Source of the DNA: Candidatus Woesearchaeota archaeon | GTDB taxonomy: Archaea; Nanobdellota; Nanobdellia; SCGC-AAA011-G17; CAYFGV01 | Length of the DNA: 64,000 nt | Assembly (NCBI GenBank): GCA_964452525.1 | Contig: CAYVLZ010000001.1 | Span: 65,742-129,741, forward strand | Direction of reading: 5' to 3' | Shown: one piece after another, positions 19,905 to 29,177 of the stretch | Layout: each line of letters opens with the position of its first letter | Numbering within the stretch: the stretch's first letter is position 1 | Notes under the pieces: generated by a model | The model's input: only the letters and a program-made list of their open reading frames with translations | Databases searched by the model: none | Told to the model about the DNA's origin: nothing | Translations under genes and position numbers: made by a program

Positions 19905-21269
19905 ATGAAAAGAGGGATTTTGTTCTTGATTATTTTTATTTTAATAGCTTCACCTTTAGTTAATGCTTATTCTTTTTGGGATTTTAGAGAGGATAGAGAT
20001 GAATTAAAGGATAGGCTTATTAGACTAATTACTGGTTCTGGAACTTCTTCTACTGGTTCTGGAACTTCTTCGTCTCTTCCTGCTGAGCCTCCTGATGACG
20101 GGTGTCCTCCTGAAGGTTGTGCTGTTCCTGAAGAAGACTCAAATCTATTCCCCGGTGGTGGTGGAGGAGGTCCTGACGACGATGTTTGTGACCCTGATGA
20201 CCCTCATTTTTGTGTACCTGTTCCTTATTTTGATTTAGATAAATATGGGGTTGCTGCATGGGTACCTTGGCTGAATTTAAGTCAATGTGGGGATGGTACT
20301 TTATATGGAGAATGCTCTAAAAATGTTCCTAAGTATTGTGAAGATGGCGATTTGATAGATGATTGCAGTATTTGTGGATGTCCTCCTGGGACTGGAGAAT
20401 GTTTAGAAGATGGTAGTTGTGGAGATGCTGTTAATTGTGATTATGCTGGTGGAATTTGTGATACTACTTGCTCTTCTGGATTTATACATTATTCTAGGTT
20501 GGATGATACTTGTAGTAGTGAAGTTATAAGTCAGGATGCTAGACCTTTAATAGAAATTGCTGGAGAAGCAGTGGCAGAAGGTATAAAGTGTTGTATTCCT
20601 TTTAGATATGGAACTTTCACTAATGTGACTTATAAACAATACGTAGAAAAGGAATGGCTTAATGTTAGTATGAATAGGACTTTGACTTATTTTGGTGCTA
20701 TTGATGAGTGTGTTGATTTAAGTGATTATAATAAATGTTCTAGTGATAAACCTTTGTATTGTTATAGAGGTGATCTTTATAATTTCTGTAGTAAATGTGG
20801 ATGTCCTGAAGGACAGTTTTGTAATCCTCTGACTAATGTTTGTGTTGGTGTCGCTGAGAAAGAACAGGTAGATGTATTTGTTAAATTCTCTCAGTTGTCT
20901 TCTACTGAAAAAACTGTTATGGAAAGTTTCTTAACCGATCTGTATAGTGCAGAACAAATTTCTGGAAAAGTTGTCGCTGATTACGATGGGAGTAAAATTA
21001 CTGTAGATGTGAATAAGAATTTGATGCTGGTTAGATTTGATGAGCTTGGAAGACCTTCCATAGATTTTGATTTCTCCTCCTCTGTTCCTAAAATTATCCC
21101 TGATTCTGGAGGTAGTGTAGATGAAGAACAAGAACTAGAAGAAAGAGAATCTCCTGGTAGAGATATTTTTAATAGCCCAAAGGTACAGATTATCACGTGG
21201 GGTACTGTTATATTGGGCATAGTTCTTATAGTTGGTGGACAGATATTGTCTAGGAAGTATAAAAGATAA
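19905..21269 (+). CDS. Cys-rich secreted protein with C-terminal TM anchor
   Basis: Signal peptide. Internally duplicated module CS(K/S).....YC..GDL...CS.CGCP.G. C-terminal TM helix plus KYKR. Confidence 0.55.
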   Translation: MKRGILFLIIFILIASPLVNAYSFWDFREDRDELKDRLIRLITGSGTSSTGSGTSSSLPAEPPDDGCPPEGCAVPEEDSNLFPGGGGGGPDDDVCDPDDPHFCVPVPYFDLDKYGVAAWVPWLNLSQCGDGTLYGECSKNVPKYCEDGDLIDDCSICGCPPGTGECLEDGSCGDAVNCDYAGGICDTTCSSGFIHYSRLDDTCSSEVISQDARPLIEIAGEAVAEGIKCCIPFRYGTFTNVTYKQYVEKEWLNVSMNRTLTYFGAIDECVDLSDYNKCSSDKPLYCYRGDLYNFCSKCGCPEGQFCNPLTNVCVGVAEKEQVDVFVKFSQLSSTEKTVMESFLTDLYSAEQISGKVVADYDGSKITVDVNKNLMLVRFDELGRPSIDFDFSSSVPKIIPDSGGSVDEEQELEERESPGRDIFNSPKVQIITWGTVILGIVLIVGGQILSRKYKR

Positions 21270-21300
21270 GTTTTAAAAATAATCCTAGTTCTTATTTTCT

Positions 21301-22350
21301 ATGTTTAAAATACTAAAAAAAGGATTCAAGGATGTAGTATCTAAGTTTTCTAAGAAAATAGATGAGGAAGGAAAGGAAGAAGTAGTAGAACAGCCTGTAG
21401 AGAAAGAGGTTGAAAAGGGAAAAGAAGGAAAAGAAACTGAAGAAGTAAAAGAAGAAATTAAGAAGGAGAAAGAAAGTTTTATTAAAAAACTTAAGAAGAA
21501 GGTAACTACGAAGAGAATAAATGATAATCAATTTGAAGATTTATTTTCTGAATTAGAATTGATTCTGCTACAGAATAATGTTGCTTTAGAAGTTATTGAT
21601 AAGATCAAAGAAGGTTTAAAAATGGATTTAGTTGATGTTCCCATTGATAAAAAGAGGATAGATAAGATTATAGAAGATAATCTTAAGAATACACTAGAAG
21701 AATTATTTGATGTAGAAAATATTAATTTAGTTAATAAGATCAAAGATAAGAAGAATGAACCTTATGTAATTGTTTTTGTAGGTATTAATGGGAGCGGTAA
21801 GACTACTAGTATAGCTAAGATAGCTAATTTTTTGAATAAGAATAAATTAAGCGTGGTTTTGGTTGCTGCTGATACTTGGAGACAGGCCGCTATTGAGCAA
21901 TTGGAAGAGCACGGTAAAAGACTAGGATTGAAAGTTATAAAACATTCTTATGGGAGTGATCCTGCTGCTGTTGCTTTTGATGGAATAAAATATGCTAAGT
22001 CAAGATCTATTGATGCAGTCTTGATAGATACTGCTGGAAGACAGCACAGTAATGTTGATTTAATGAACGAACTTAGTAAGATAGTTAGAGTTGCTAAACC
22101 AGACTTAAAATTATTTGTTGGCGAGAGTATAACTGGAAACGATTGCATTTTACAAGCTAAACAGTTTAATGATACTGTTGGTATCGATGGGATTATTTTA
22201 TCAAAAGCAGATATTGATGAGAAAGGTGGCGCTGCTATTTCTGTTTCTTTTGTTACAAAGAAACCAATACTTTATCTTGGAACGGGACAAAATTATGAAG
22301 ATTTACAAAAATTTGATGAAAAAAAATTAATTAAAAATCTAGGTTTTTAA
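21301..22350 (+). CDS. ftsY: Signal recognition particle receptor FtsY
   Basis: Acidic N-domain, then the SRP-GTPase NG domain: GINGSGKTTSIAKIA, AADTWRQAAIEQL, DTAGRQ, KADID. Confidence 0.9.
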   Translation: MFKILKKGFKDVVSKFSKKIDEEGKEEVVEQPVEKEVEKGKEGKETEEVKEEIKKEKESFIKKLKKKVTTKRINDNQFEDLFSELELILLQNNVALEVIDKIKEGLKMDLVDVPIDKKRIDKIIEDNLKNTLEELFDVENINLVNKIKDKKNEPYVIVFVGINGSGKTTSIAKIANFLNKNKLSVVLVAADTWRQAAIEQLEEHGKRLGLKVIKHSYGSDPAAVAFDGIKYAKSRSIDAVLIDTAGRQHSNVDLMNELSKIVRVAKPDLKLFVGESITGNDCILQAKQFNDTVGIDGIILSKADIDEKGGAAISVSFVTKKPILYLGTGQNYEDLQKFDEKKLIKNLGF

Positions 22351-22535
22351 AACTAATTTTGTCGACGGTAAATTTATTAAAAAATAAATTTAAAAATTAA
22401 AAAACGAAACTTTTTTAAACAAATAAGTTATGTAAAATATATAACAAAACATACAAAATATATCATTATTTACTTTCTATTTTGATATCATTGTTAACTT
22501 TAAATTGTTATTTTGTATGTAAGGGGGAAAAACGT

Positions 22536-22646
22536 ATGGTTAAACAAAAAAGAAAAGTAGCTAAGAAATCTGTTAAAAAGACTTCTAAAAGAGCTACTAA
22601 AAAAAGAGCTTCTAAAAAAAGAAGTTCAAAAAAGAGAAAAAGGTAG
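22536..22646 (+). CDS. Unannotated 36-aa extremely basic micro-protein (MVKQKRKVAKKSVKKTSKRATKKRASKKRSSKKRKR)
   Basis: ATG preceded by a GGGGG Shine-Dalgarno-like motif 6 nt upstream; followed immediately by a hairpin plus T-tract. Below the ORF-track length cutoff. Confidence 0.4.
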   Translation: MVKQKRKVAKKSVKKTSKRATKKRASKKRSSKKRKR

Positions 22647-22667
22647 TTTTCTACCTTTTTCTTTTTT
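22635..22667 (+). terminator. Hairpin + oligo-T terminator-like element
   Basis: AGAAAAAGGTAG tttt CTACCTTTTTCT inverted repeat followed by a T-run. Confidence 0.45.
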
Positions 22668-22714
22668 ATTTCTAATCTAAAGTTTTATAAAGTTCTTGGC
22701 TGTTATTTGATTCA

Positions 22715-24079
22715 ATGGTATTAGACAAATTAGGAAATTCATTGAAAGAAAGTTTGAGAAAGATAGCTAAATCTATATTTGTTGATGAGAGGTTAATTAA
22801 TGAGCTTGTTAAAGATATTCAGAGAGCTCTATTGATGGCTGATGTTAAAGTTGATTTAGTTTATGATTTAAGTAAGAAGATTAAAGAAAGAGCTTTAAAA
22901 GAGAAAGTTCCTGAAGGTATTAATCAAAAAGAGTTTCTTGTTAAGATTGTTTATGAAGAACTTGTTAACCTTATGGGGCAAGAAGAGAGCGGAATAGAGA
23001 TAAAAAAGAAAAGACCTTTTAAAATAATGATGGTCGGATTATTGGGAAATGGTAAGACTACAAGTATAGGCAAGTTATCAAAGTATTATTCTAAAAGGGG
23101 CTATAAGGTAGCAACTCTTGGTTTGGATGTTCATAGGCCTGCTGCTATGGATCAATTGGAACAGGTGAGCAAGCAAGCGAATGTTAAATGTTTCTCTGAT
23201 AAGGAGGAGAAAAATGTTATTAAGCTTTATAATAAATTTAAAAGTGAGCTTGATAAATTTGACATCGTATTTATTGATACTGCTGGAAGACATGCTTTGG
23301 ACAAGGAATTGGTTAAAGAGCTGGAAGAGTTAAACGAGAAAATAGAGCCCGATGAAAACCTACTTGTAATGAGCGCTGATGTTGGACAGACTGCTTATGA
23401 TCAAGCTTCTCAGTTCCATAAGAGTTGTGGTGTTACTGGAGTAATGATTACTAAGTTAGATGGTACTGCTAAAGCTGGAGGGGCTTTGGCTGCAACTTCT
23501 GCCACTGATGCCAGAATCAAGTTTATCGGTGTTGGGGAAAAATTAGAGGACTTGGAGTTATTTGATCCTAAAGGCTTTGTTTCCAGATTACTCGGCATGG
23601 GTGATTTAAAAACTTTATTAGAGAAGGCTGAAGATGCTATTTCTAAGGGTAAAGCGGAGGATCTTGGAAAGAAGTTTTTGAAAGGTGATTTTAATTTTAT
23701 TGATCTTTATGAACAGATGCAGGCTATGAAGAAGATGGGGCCGCTAAGTAAAATTGTAGATTTAATACCTGGTGCGGGAAATATGGGTTTGCCTAAGGAA
23801 ATGTTACAGGTTCAAGAAGATAAATTGAAGAAATGGCGTTATATTCTTGATAGTATGACTAAAGAAGAACTAGAGGATCCAGATCTTTTGACTAGATCCA
23901 GAATAGATAGAATTGCTAAAGGTAGTGGAGTTACATCTAAGGAGGTTAGAGAATTATTAAAACAGTATAGACAAGTTAAGAAAGTAAGTAAGTTGATGAA
24001 GGGAACAGGCAAGGATCAAGATATTGGCAAATTAATGAAAAAGTTTAAGGGTAAATTACCCAAGGGTTTTAAAGTTTAG
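22715..24079 (+). CDS. srp54: Signal recognition particle protein SRP54
   Basis: NG domain (GLLGNGKTTSIGKL, DTAGRH, TKLDGTAKAGGAL) plus M-domain (MKKMGPLSKIVDLIPG). Confidence 0.9.
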   Translation: MVLDKLGNSLKESLRKIAKSIFVDERLINELVKDIQRALLMADVKVDLVYDLSKKIKERALKEKVPEGINQKEFLVKIVYEELVNLMGQEESGIEIKKKRPFKIMMVGLLGNGKTTSIGKLSKYYSKRGYKVATLGLDVHRPAAMDQLEQVSKQANVKCFSDKEEKNVIKLYNKFKSELDKFDIVFIDTAGRHALDKELVKELEELNEKIEPDENLLVMSADVGQTAYDQASQFHKSCGVTGVMITKLDGTAKAGGALAATSATDARIKFIGVGEKLEDLELFDPKGFVSRLLGMGDLKTLLEKAEDAISKGKAEDLGKKFLKGDFNFIDLYEQMQAMKKMGPLSKIVDLIPGAGNMGLPKEMLQVQEDKLKKWRYILDSMTKEELEDPDLLTRSRIDRIAKGSGVTSKEVRELLKQYRQVKKVSKLMKGTGKDQDIGKLMKKFKGKLPKGFKV

Positions 24080-24156
24080 TTTGTTTTCTATATTTTAAAT
24101 ACACGAAATTTATTTAAGTTTTTTATTCTTTTAATAAAGAAACAGTTCTTGTTTTT

Positions 24157-24414
24157 TTGAAAATGACCATAACTGAAAGAGATTTTAATATTTTTATTGG
24201 AAATGTAATCAGGCAGAAGAGATTTTGTCCTTATTATAGTCTAGGAGATTCTGACTGTTTACATAACATCTTGCATAAAGGCGAATATTGGTTTTCTTAT
24301 TGTGTTTTTTATGAAGATGATTTGGGACTGAGATGTAGGTATGAGCATTCTAGATTAAGCAAGATAGTTATTGAGGAGAGAGAAGATAATAACTATTTAG
24401 TATCAAAAGATTAA
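24157..24414 (+). CDS. Hypothetical small protein (85 aa)
   Basis: ORF only; Cys/His containing. Confidence 0.3.
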   Translation: MKMTITERDFNIFIGNVIRQKRFCPYYSLGDSDCLHNILHKGEYWFSYCVFYEDDLGLRCRYEHSRLSKIVIEEREDNNYLVSKD

Positions 24415-24439
24415 TAAGGTTTGATTAAAGACTTCTTTT

Positions 24440-25051
24440 ATGAAAGAAATAATAGCTAGGGGTGCTGAAAGTATAATTTACTTAGATGGGTGTAATTTGG
24501 TAAAGGAGAGAATCAAAAAGGGTTATAGGCACAAGGATATTGATGTTAGGTTAAGAAAGTATAGGACCAGGGGTGAAATGAAACTTCTAGAGAAAAGTGG
24601 TAAGTATATACCTGTTCCTAAGGTTAACAGTTATTCTGATATTGATATGAAGATAGTTATGGAACACATTGATGGTAGACTATTGAAAGATTTTGTTGAT
24701 TCTTTAAGTAAGAAAGAAATTAATAGAATTTTTATTCAAATTGGTAAACAGATCGCTAAGCTACATGATGAGAGTATAATTCATGGTGATTTGACTACTA
24801 GTAATATGGTTATGAAAGATAAGATTTATTTCATTGATTTTGGTCTGGGTTTTATTTCTAATAAATTAGAAGATAAGGCAGTAGACTTGCATTTATTAAA
24901 TCAGGCCTTGGATTCGAAACATTATAAAATATCTAAGGATGCATTTAATTCTGTTTTAACAGGATATAAAAGTAGCAAAAGTTTTAGAGATGTCTTTGAA
25001 AGGTTGAAGAAAGTGCAGCAAAGAGGCAAGTATAAGGAAAAATCTATTTGA
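24440..25051 (+). CDS. bud32: Bud32/PRPK-type small protein kinase (KEOPS component)
   Basis: 203 aa atypical kinase with HGDLTTSNMV catalytic loop and DFGLG motif, the size and signature of archaeal Bud32. Confidence 0.7.
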   Translation: MKEIIARGAESIIYLDGCNLVKERIKKGYRHKDIDVRLRKYRTRGEMKLLEKSGKYIPVPKVNSYSDIDMKIVMEHIDGRLLKDFVDSLSKKEINRIFIQIGKQIAKLHDESIIHGDLTTSNMVMKDKIYFIDFGLGFISNKLEDKAVDLHLLNQALDSKHYKISKDAFNSVLTGYKSSKSFRDVFERLKKVQQRGKYKEKSI

Positions 25052-25098
25052 TAGTTATCAAGAAAGCTTTAAAAATGATACTATTTCTTTTAAATTGT

Positions 25099-25171
25099 AG
25101 CCCCGTAGTCTAGTGGTCAAGGATAGCGGACTTTGGATCCGTTGACGGAGGTTCGAATCCTCCCGGGGCTA
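25099..25171 (+). tRNA. tRNA-Gln (anticodon TTG)
   Basis: Cloverleaf with acceptor AGCCCCG/CGGGGCT, D-arm GUCU/GGAU, anticodon arm GCGGA-CUUUGGA-UCCGU, T-arm GGAGG-UUCGAAU-CCUCC. No encoded CCA. Confidence 0.85.
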
Positions 25172-25214
25172 TCAAAATCTTTATAAACTATTAGAATAAA
25201 CATTAAACTGTAAA

Positions 25215-25469
25215 ATGGCTGAGCCAAAAGAAATCGGAAAGGTATTTACTTATTATACGCATGTTGAGGTGGCAGGCGTTGAGTTAAGTGGTACTTTAAA
25301 GGCAGGAGACACTATCCATATAAAAGGCAGTACTACGGATTTTCAACAGAAAATAACTAGCATGCAGGTAGAAAATGAATCTGTTGAAGAAGCTAAGAAG
25401 GGAGACCAAATAGGAATTAAAGTTAAGGATAGAGTTAGACCTGGTGATAGGGTTTATAAAGTAGAATAA
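25215..25469 (+). CDS. Hypothetical small beta-rich protein (84 aa)
   Basis: Intact ORF with RBS-like context upstream of rps15. Confidence 0.35.
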   Translation: MAEPKEIGKVFTYYTHVEVAGVELSGTLKAGDTIHIKGSTTDFQQKITSMQVENESVEEAKKGDQIGIKVKDRVRPGDRVYKVE

Positions 25470-25521
25470 AAACTTCAACATTTAATGAGCTTGTAGAGAA
25501 TCCAAGCTTATTCTGATAAAA

Positions 25522-25977
25522 ATGGCTAGAATGCATAGTAGAGCTAAAGGAAAAAGTAAAAGTACTAAACCAAGTAAAAAAGTTAAAAAGACTTGGATTA
25601 GGTATAATGGTAAGGAAATAGAGAGTTTAATATTGAAATTTGCTAAAGAAGGTAAGAATTCTACTGAAATCGGATTGATCCTTAGGGATAGTTATGGTGT
25701 TCCGGATGTAAGGGATATAACTAAGAAGAAAATATCTAAAGTTTTAGAAGATAACAAAGTTAAAGTTGATTTGCCCGATGATCTTAAAGCTTTGATTAAG
25801 AAAGAACTCAAAATCATGAAACATATGGGGGGTAAGGAGAAAGACAAAACTGCTAAAAGAGGTTTACAATTAACAGAGAGTAAGATAAGAAGACTTTCTA
25901 AGTATTATAAAAGAACCGGAAAGTTACCACAGGATTGGGTTTATGATAGAGATAGGATTAAGCTGCTTATAAGCTAA
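25522..25977 (+). CDS. rps15: 30S ribosomal protein S15 (S13e)
   Basis: MARMHSRAKGKSKSTKP N-terminus and overall S15P/S13e pattern. Confidence 0.85.
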   Translation: MARMHSRAKGKSKSTKPSKKVKKTWIRYNGKEIESLILKFAKEGKNSTEIGLILRDSYGVPDVRDITKKKISKVLEDNKVKVDLPDDLKALIKKELKIMKHMGGKEKDKTAKRGLQLTESKIRRLSKYYKRTGKLPQDWVYDRDRIKLLIS

Positions 25978-25978
25978 A

Positions 25979-27346
25979 ATGAATTTTAAGGATGCGGTAC
26001 TTGACGTAGTTAAAAAGTTTAGAAAAACTTCTGGAGCTGTTAGAGTAGTATCTAACTTTGATACGGATGGTATTACTTCTGCTGCTATTATCGTTAAGGC
26101 TTTACAAAAGGAAAATAGAAATTTTTCATTAAGTATAGTTAAACAATTAACAGAAGATGTTTTAAAGGAGTTAAGTAAAGAGGATTATGAAACCTTTTTA
26201 ATTCTTGATATGGGTTCTGGTTCTTTAGATTTAATAAATAAGTATCTAAAAGGAAAGAATGTTTTTGTTTTAGATCACCACCAGGTTGAAGATGTTAGAA
26301 GTGATGCCAATATTTTGAATCCTTTGCTTTATGGAGTTGAAGATTACAAAGAGATTTCTGCTGCTGGCGTATGTTATTTTTTTGCGAAGGCTTTGGATGA
26401 AAAGAATATAGATAGTGCTTATCTGGCTGTTATCGGAGCTATCGGAGACGTTCAAGAGAATAAAGGTTTTGTTGGGTTGAATCAAGAAATTCTGAAGGAT
26501 GCAGAAGGTAAACTGGAGATTAGAAATGGTTTAAGAATGTTCGGAGCTCAGACTAGGCCATTACATAAATTGTTGATGTTTAGTACCGATCCCTATATTC
26601 CCGGGGTAAGTGGTAGTGAGATTGGTGCTTTAAGATTTTTAGAAAGTATAGGGATTAAATTTAGAGAAGATGGTAAATTCAGAAAATTAATACATTTGGG
26701 TATAGATGAAATTAAGAAGTTAACTTCTGCTATTATTATTAAAAGATTTGATGGAAAGATTAGTGATCCCATGGATGTTATAGGTCCTGTTTACTTATTA
26801 AGGGAAGAAGAGGAAGGAAGTCCAATTAAAGATGCTAGAGAATTTTCTACTTTGTTAAATGCTAGCGGAAGACTTGGAAAGCCTTCTATTGGTTTGGGAG
26901 TTTGTTTGGGAAGTAAAAAAATTAAGGAAAAGGCCGTCGAATTATTGGACGAATACAGAGCAGAAATCGTTAAAAGTTTGAATTGGTTCTATGATAATAG
27001 GAAAGACTTTGGAGCAGGAGAAATAATTATTATTAATGCTAAAGAAAATATTAAAGATACTTTTATAGGGGTTGTTGCTTCAATTATAGCTAATTCTAAG
27101 ATTTATGAAGATGGAACTTTGATATTGGCGATGGCTTATACTGACGAGAATATAAAATTAAGCATTAGGCAAGTTGGAATGAATACTACTGATTTGAAAA
27201 AATTTTTGAGTGGATTCACTGAAAAGGTCGGAGGGATAGCTGGAGGACATGTTAGTGCTGCTGGAGGTTTCATCCCTACTGAGAAAGAAGAAGAGTTTAT
27301 TAGTAATATTAAAAACTCTTTTAAGGAATTGAAATTAAAGCAATAG
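25979..27346 (+). CDS. DHH/DHHA1 family phosphoesterase (archaeal RecJ-like/GAN-like)
   Basis: NFDTDGITSAAII and LDHHQ motifs (DHH) with a C-terminal DHHA1-like GGGH region. Positioned between rps15 and rps3ae, a linkage recalled from other archaea. Confidence 0.7.
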   Translation: MNFKDAVLDVVKKFRKTSGAVRVVSNFDTDGITSAAIIVKALQKENRNFSLSIVKQLTEDVLKELSKEDYETFLILDMGSGSLDLINKYLKGKNVFVLDHHQVEDVRSDANILNPLLYGVEDYKEISAAGVCYFFAKALDEKNIDSAYLAVIGAIGDVQENKGFVGLNQEILKDAEGKLEIRNGLRMFGAQTRPLHKLLMFSTDPYIPGVSGSEIGALRFLESIGIKFREDGKFRKLIHLGIDEIKKLTSAIIIKRFDGKISDPMDVIGPVYLLREEEEGSPIKDAREFSTLLNASGRLGKPSIGLGVCLGSKKIKEKAVELLDEYRAEIVKSLNWFYDNRKDFGAGEIIIINAKENIKDTFIGVVASIIANSKIYEDGTLILAMAYTDENIKLSIRQVGMNTTDLKKFLSGFTEKVGGIAGGHVSAAGGFIPTEKEEEFISNIKNSFKELKLKQ

Positions 27347-27380
27347 AAAGTTTTATTAATTGAACCCATTGGGGTAAAAT

Positions 27381-27950
27381 ATGGCAAGAAAGGGTAGCAA
27401 GGGGGTAAAGAAAAAATGGTATACTATAGTTGCTCCTAAGGATTTTGGTAATGTTGAAATAGGAGAGAGTTTAGTTTCTGATGCTAATACTTTGGTAGGT
27501 AGGACAGTTAAGGCTAATCTTAATTTTGTTACTGGTCAAAGTCAAAGGCACAACACTAAACTTACTTTTTTGATAAAAGAAGCCAAGGAGGGAAAAGCTT
27601 TAACCGAAATTACGAAATATGAGTTAATGTCTTCTTATGTTCGAAGGGCAGTTCATAGAGATAAAACCAAAATAGAAGACTCTATTCTGATTAAAACTAA
27701 AGATAATATTAGTGCTAGAATCAAACCTTTGGTTTTAACTAGAGGCAAAATAAAAAGCTCTCTTAGAAAATTTCTTAAAATAGAATTAAATAAGTATTTA
27801 GTTGATTTCTGTAAAAATAAGAATTATGATGATATTGTTGGTTCGTTAGTTAAAGGTTTTCTTCAGAGAGATCTGAGAAAGAAATTAAGTAAAATTTATC
27901 CTATATCTATCTCCGAAGTTAGGATTTTTCAAAAAACTAGAAAAAAATAA
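27381..27950 (+). CDS. rps3ae: 30S ribosomal protein S3Ae (S1e)
   Basis: MARKGSKGVKKKWYTIVAPKDFGNVEIGESL matches the S3Ae N-terminus. Confidence 0.85.
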   Translation: MARKGSKGVKKKWYTIVAPKDFGNVEIGESLVSDANTLVGRTVKANLNFVTGQSQRHNTKLTFLIKEAKEGKALTEITKYELMSSYVRRAVHRDKTKIEDSILIKTKDNISARIKPLVLTRGKIKSSLRKFLKIELNKYLVDFCKNKNYDDIVGSLVKGFLQRDLRKKLSKIYPISISEVRIFQKTRKK

Positions 27951-28030
27951 TCTTCTATTTTATAACTTTTAATATGTATTGTTCGCAACATTTATATATC
28001 TATAATCTTAATTTTTAATTTAGAGGTGAT

Positions 28031-29173
28031 GTGATGTCTTTATATAAGAGAAGTATTTCTGTTCTTAAGAATCTACAATTTAAGAATGGCGCTATATTAG
28101 CTACTCCTTTAGATGGTGCCTATCCTTATGTTTACCCTAGAGATGCGGTTTTTGTTACTAAGGCTTTTAATAAGTTGGGCTTATTTAAAAAATCCGAAAA
28201 GTTTTATCATTTTATGAATAAATTTGCGAGACTTGAAAAACACAAAGAAGTTTTTCATAGATACACTCAGGAAGGTTGGCCTTGTGTTACTAGAAAGAAA
28301 GAAAGTGATGTAGCTGGTTTAGTTCTACATGGGATATATGATACTTACGAATATAATAAGGATATTTCCTTCTTAGAGGTGATGTGGCCCACTGTTCAGG
28401 CATTATTGAAATTTATTGATAAAAATACAAGAAAAGGATTAGTCCATACTTATAATAGCATACATGAATTTTATAGATTAGAATTTGGTTATGAGATATG
28501 GGCTAATAGTGCATGTTGTCGCGGGTTATATGATGCTTCTGAGATAGCCAAAGCTATTGGGAATAAGAAAGATGGTAGAAGATTGAAGTTAAAAGCAGAT
28601 TTTTTGAAGAAGAATATTATAAAAAAGTTGTTTGATAAGAAAAGAAATACGTTCATAAAAAATATTAAATTTAAAAGGTATGTACATGATATCTCTCAAC
28701 TAGCACCCTTTTATTTTAATTTAGTTAATAATAAAAGAATATTAAATTCCACTATGAAGATATTGAGAAAGAATATCTGGAATAAAGATATTGGTGGTTT
28801 TAGGAGATTTAAGAAATTTGAGGTTTGTAAGGATTGGCATTGGTATACTGGTGGAAGTGGAAGTTGGATTACTCTTACTGCTTGGGGATGTAGGTTTTAT
28901 AGAGAACTAGGTCAGAAGAAATATGCTGAAGAATGTGAACAATGGATAGAAGAAGCAGCTAGATTAAATAAAGGTTTGTTACCCGAACATATTGCTACTT
29001 GTGAAGAATATGAGTTGTGGAAAGAAAATGAAATAGAATTTAACAGAAGAATTTTGTCTGAGATGAATAAAACCGAGAAAGTAGTTAAGTTATGTAAGGA
29101 CGGGGTAGTTGGCTGGGCAGTACCTTTAGCTTGGTCCCATGCTGAATATTTATCGTTAAATCATGAGGGGTGA
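28031..29173 (+). CDS. Glycoside hydrolase family 15-like (glucoamylase/glucodextranase-related)
   Basis: YPYVYPRDAVF and GLLPEHI segments resemble GH15 (alpha/alpha)6-barrel catalytic motifs; first gene of the glycolytic operon. Confidence 0.5.
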   Translation: MMSLYKRSISVLKNLQFKNGAILATPLDGAYPYVYPRDAVFVTKAFNKLGLFKKSEKFYHFMNKFARLEKHKEVFHRYTQEGWPCVTRKKESDVAGLVLHGIYDTYEYNKDISFLEVMWPTVQALLKFIDKNTRKGLVHTYNSIHEFYRLEFGYEIWANSACCRGLYDASEIAKAIGNKKDGRRLKLKADFLKKNIIKKLFDKKRNTFIKNIKFKRYVHDISQLAPFYFNLVNNKRILNSTMKILRKNIWNKDIGGFRRFKKFEVCKDWHWYTGGSGSWITLTAWGCRFYRELGQKKYAEECEQWIEEAARLNKGLLPEHIATCEEYELWKENEIEFNRRILSEMNKTEKVVKLCKDGVVGWAVPLAWSHAEYLSLNHEG

Positions 29174-29177
29174 TAAG

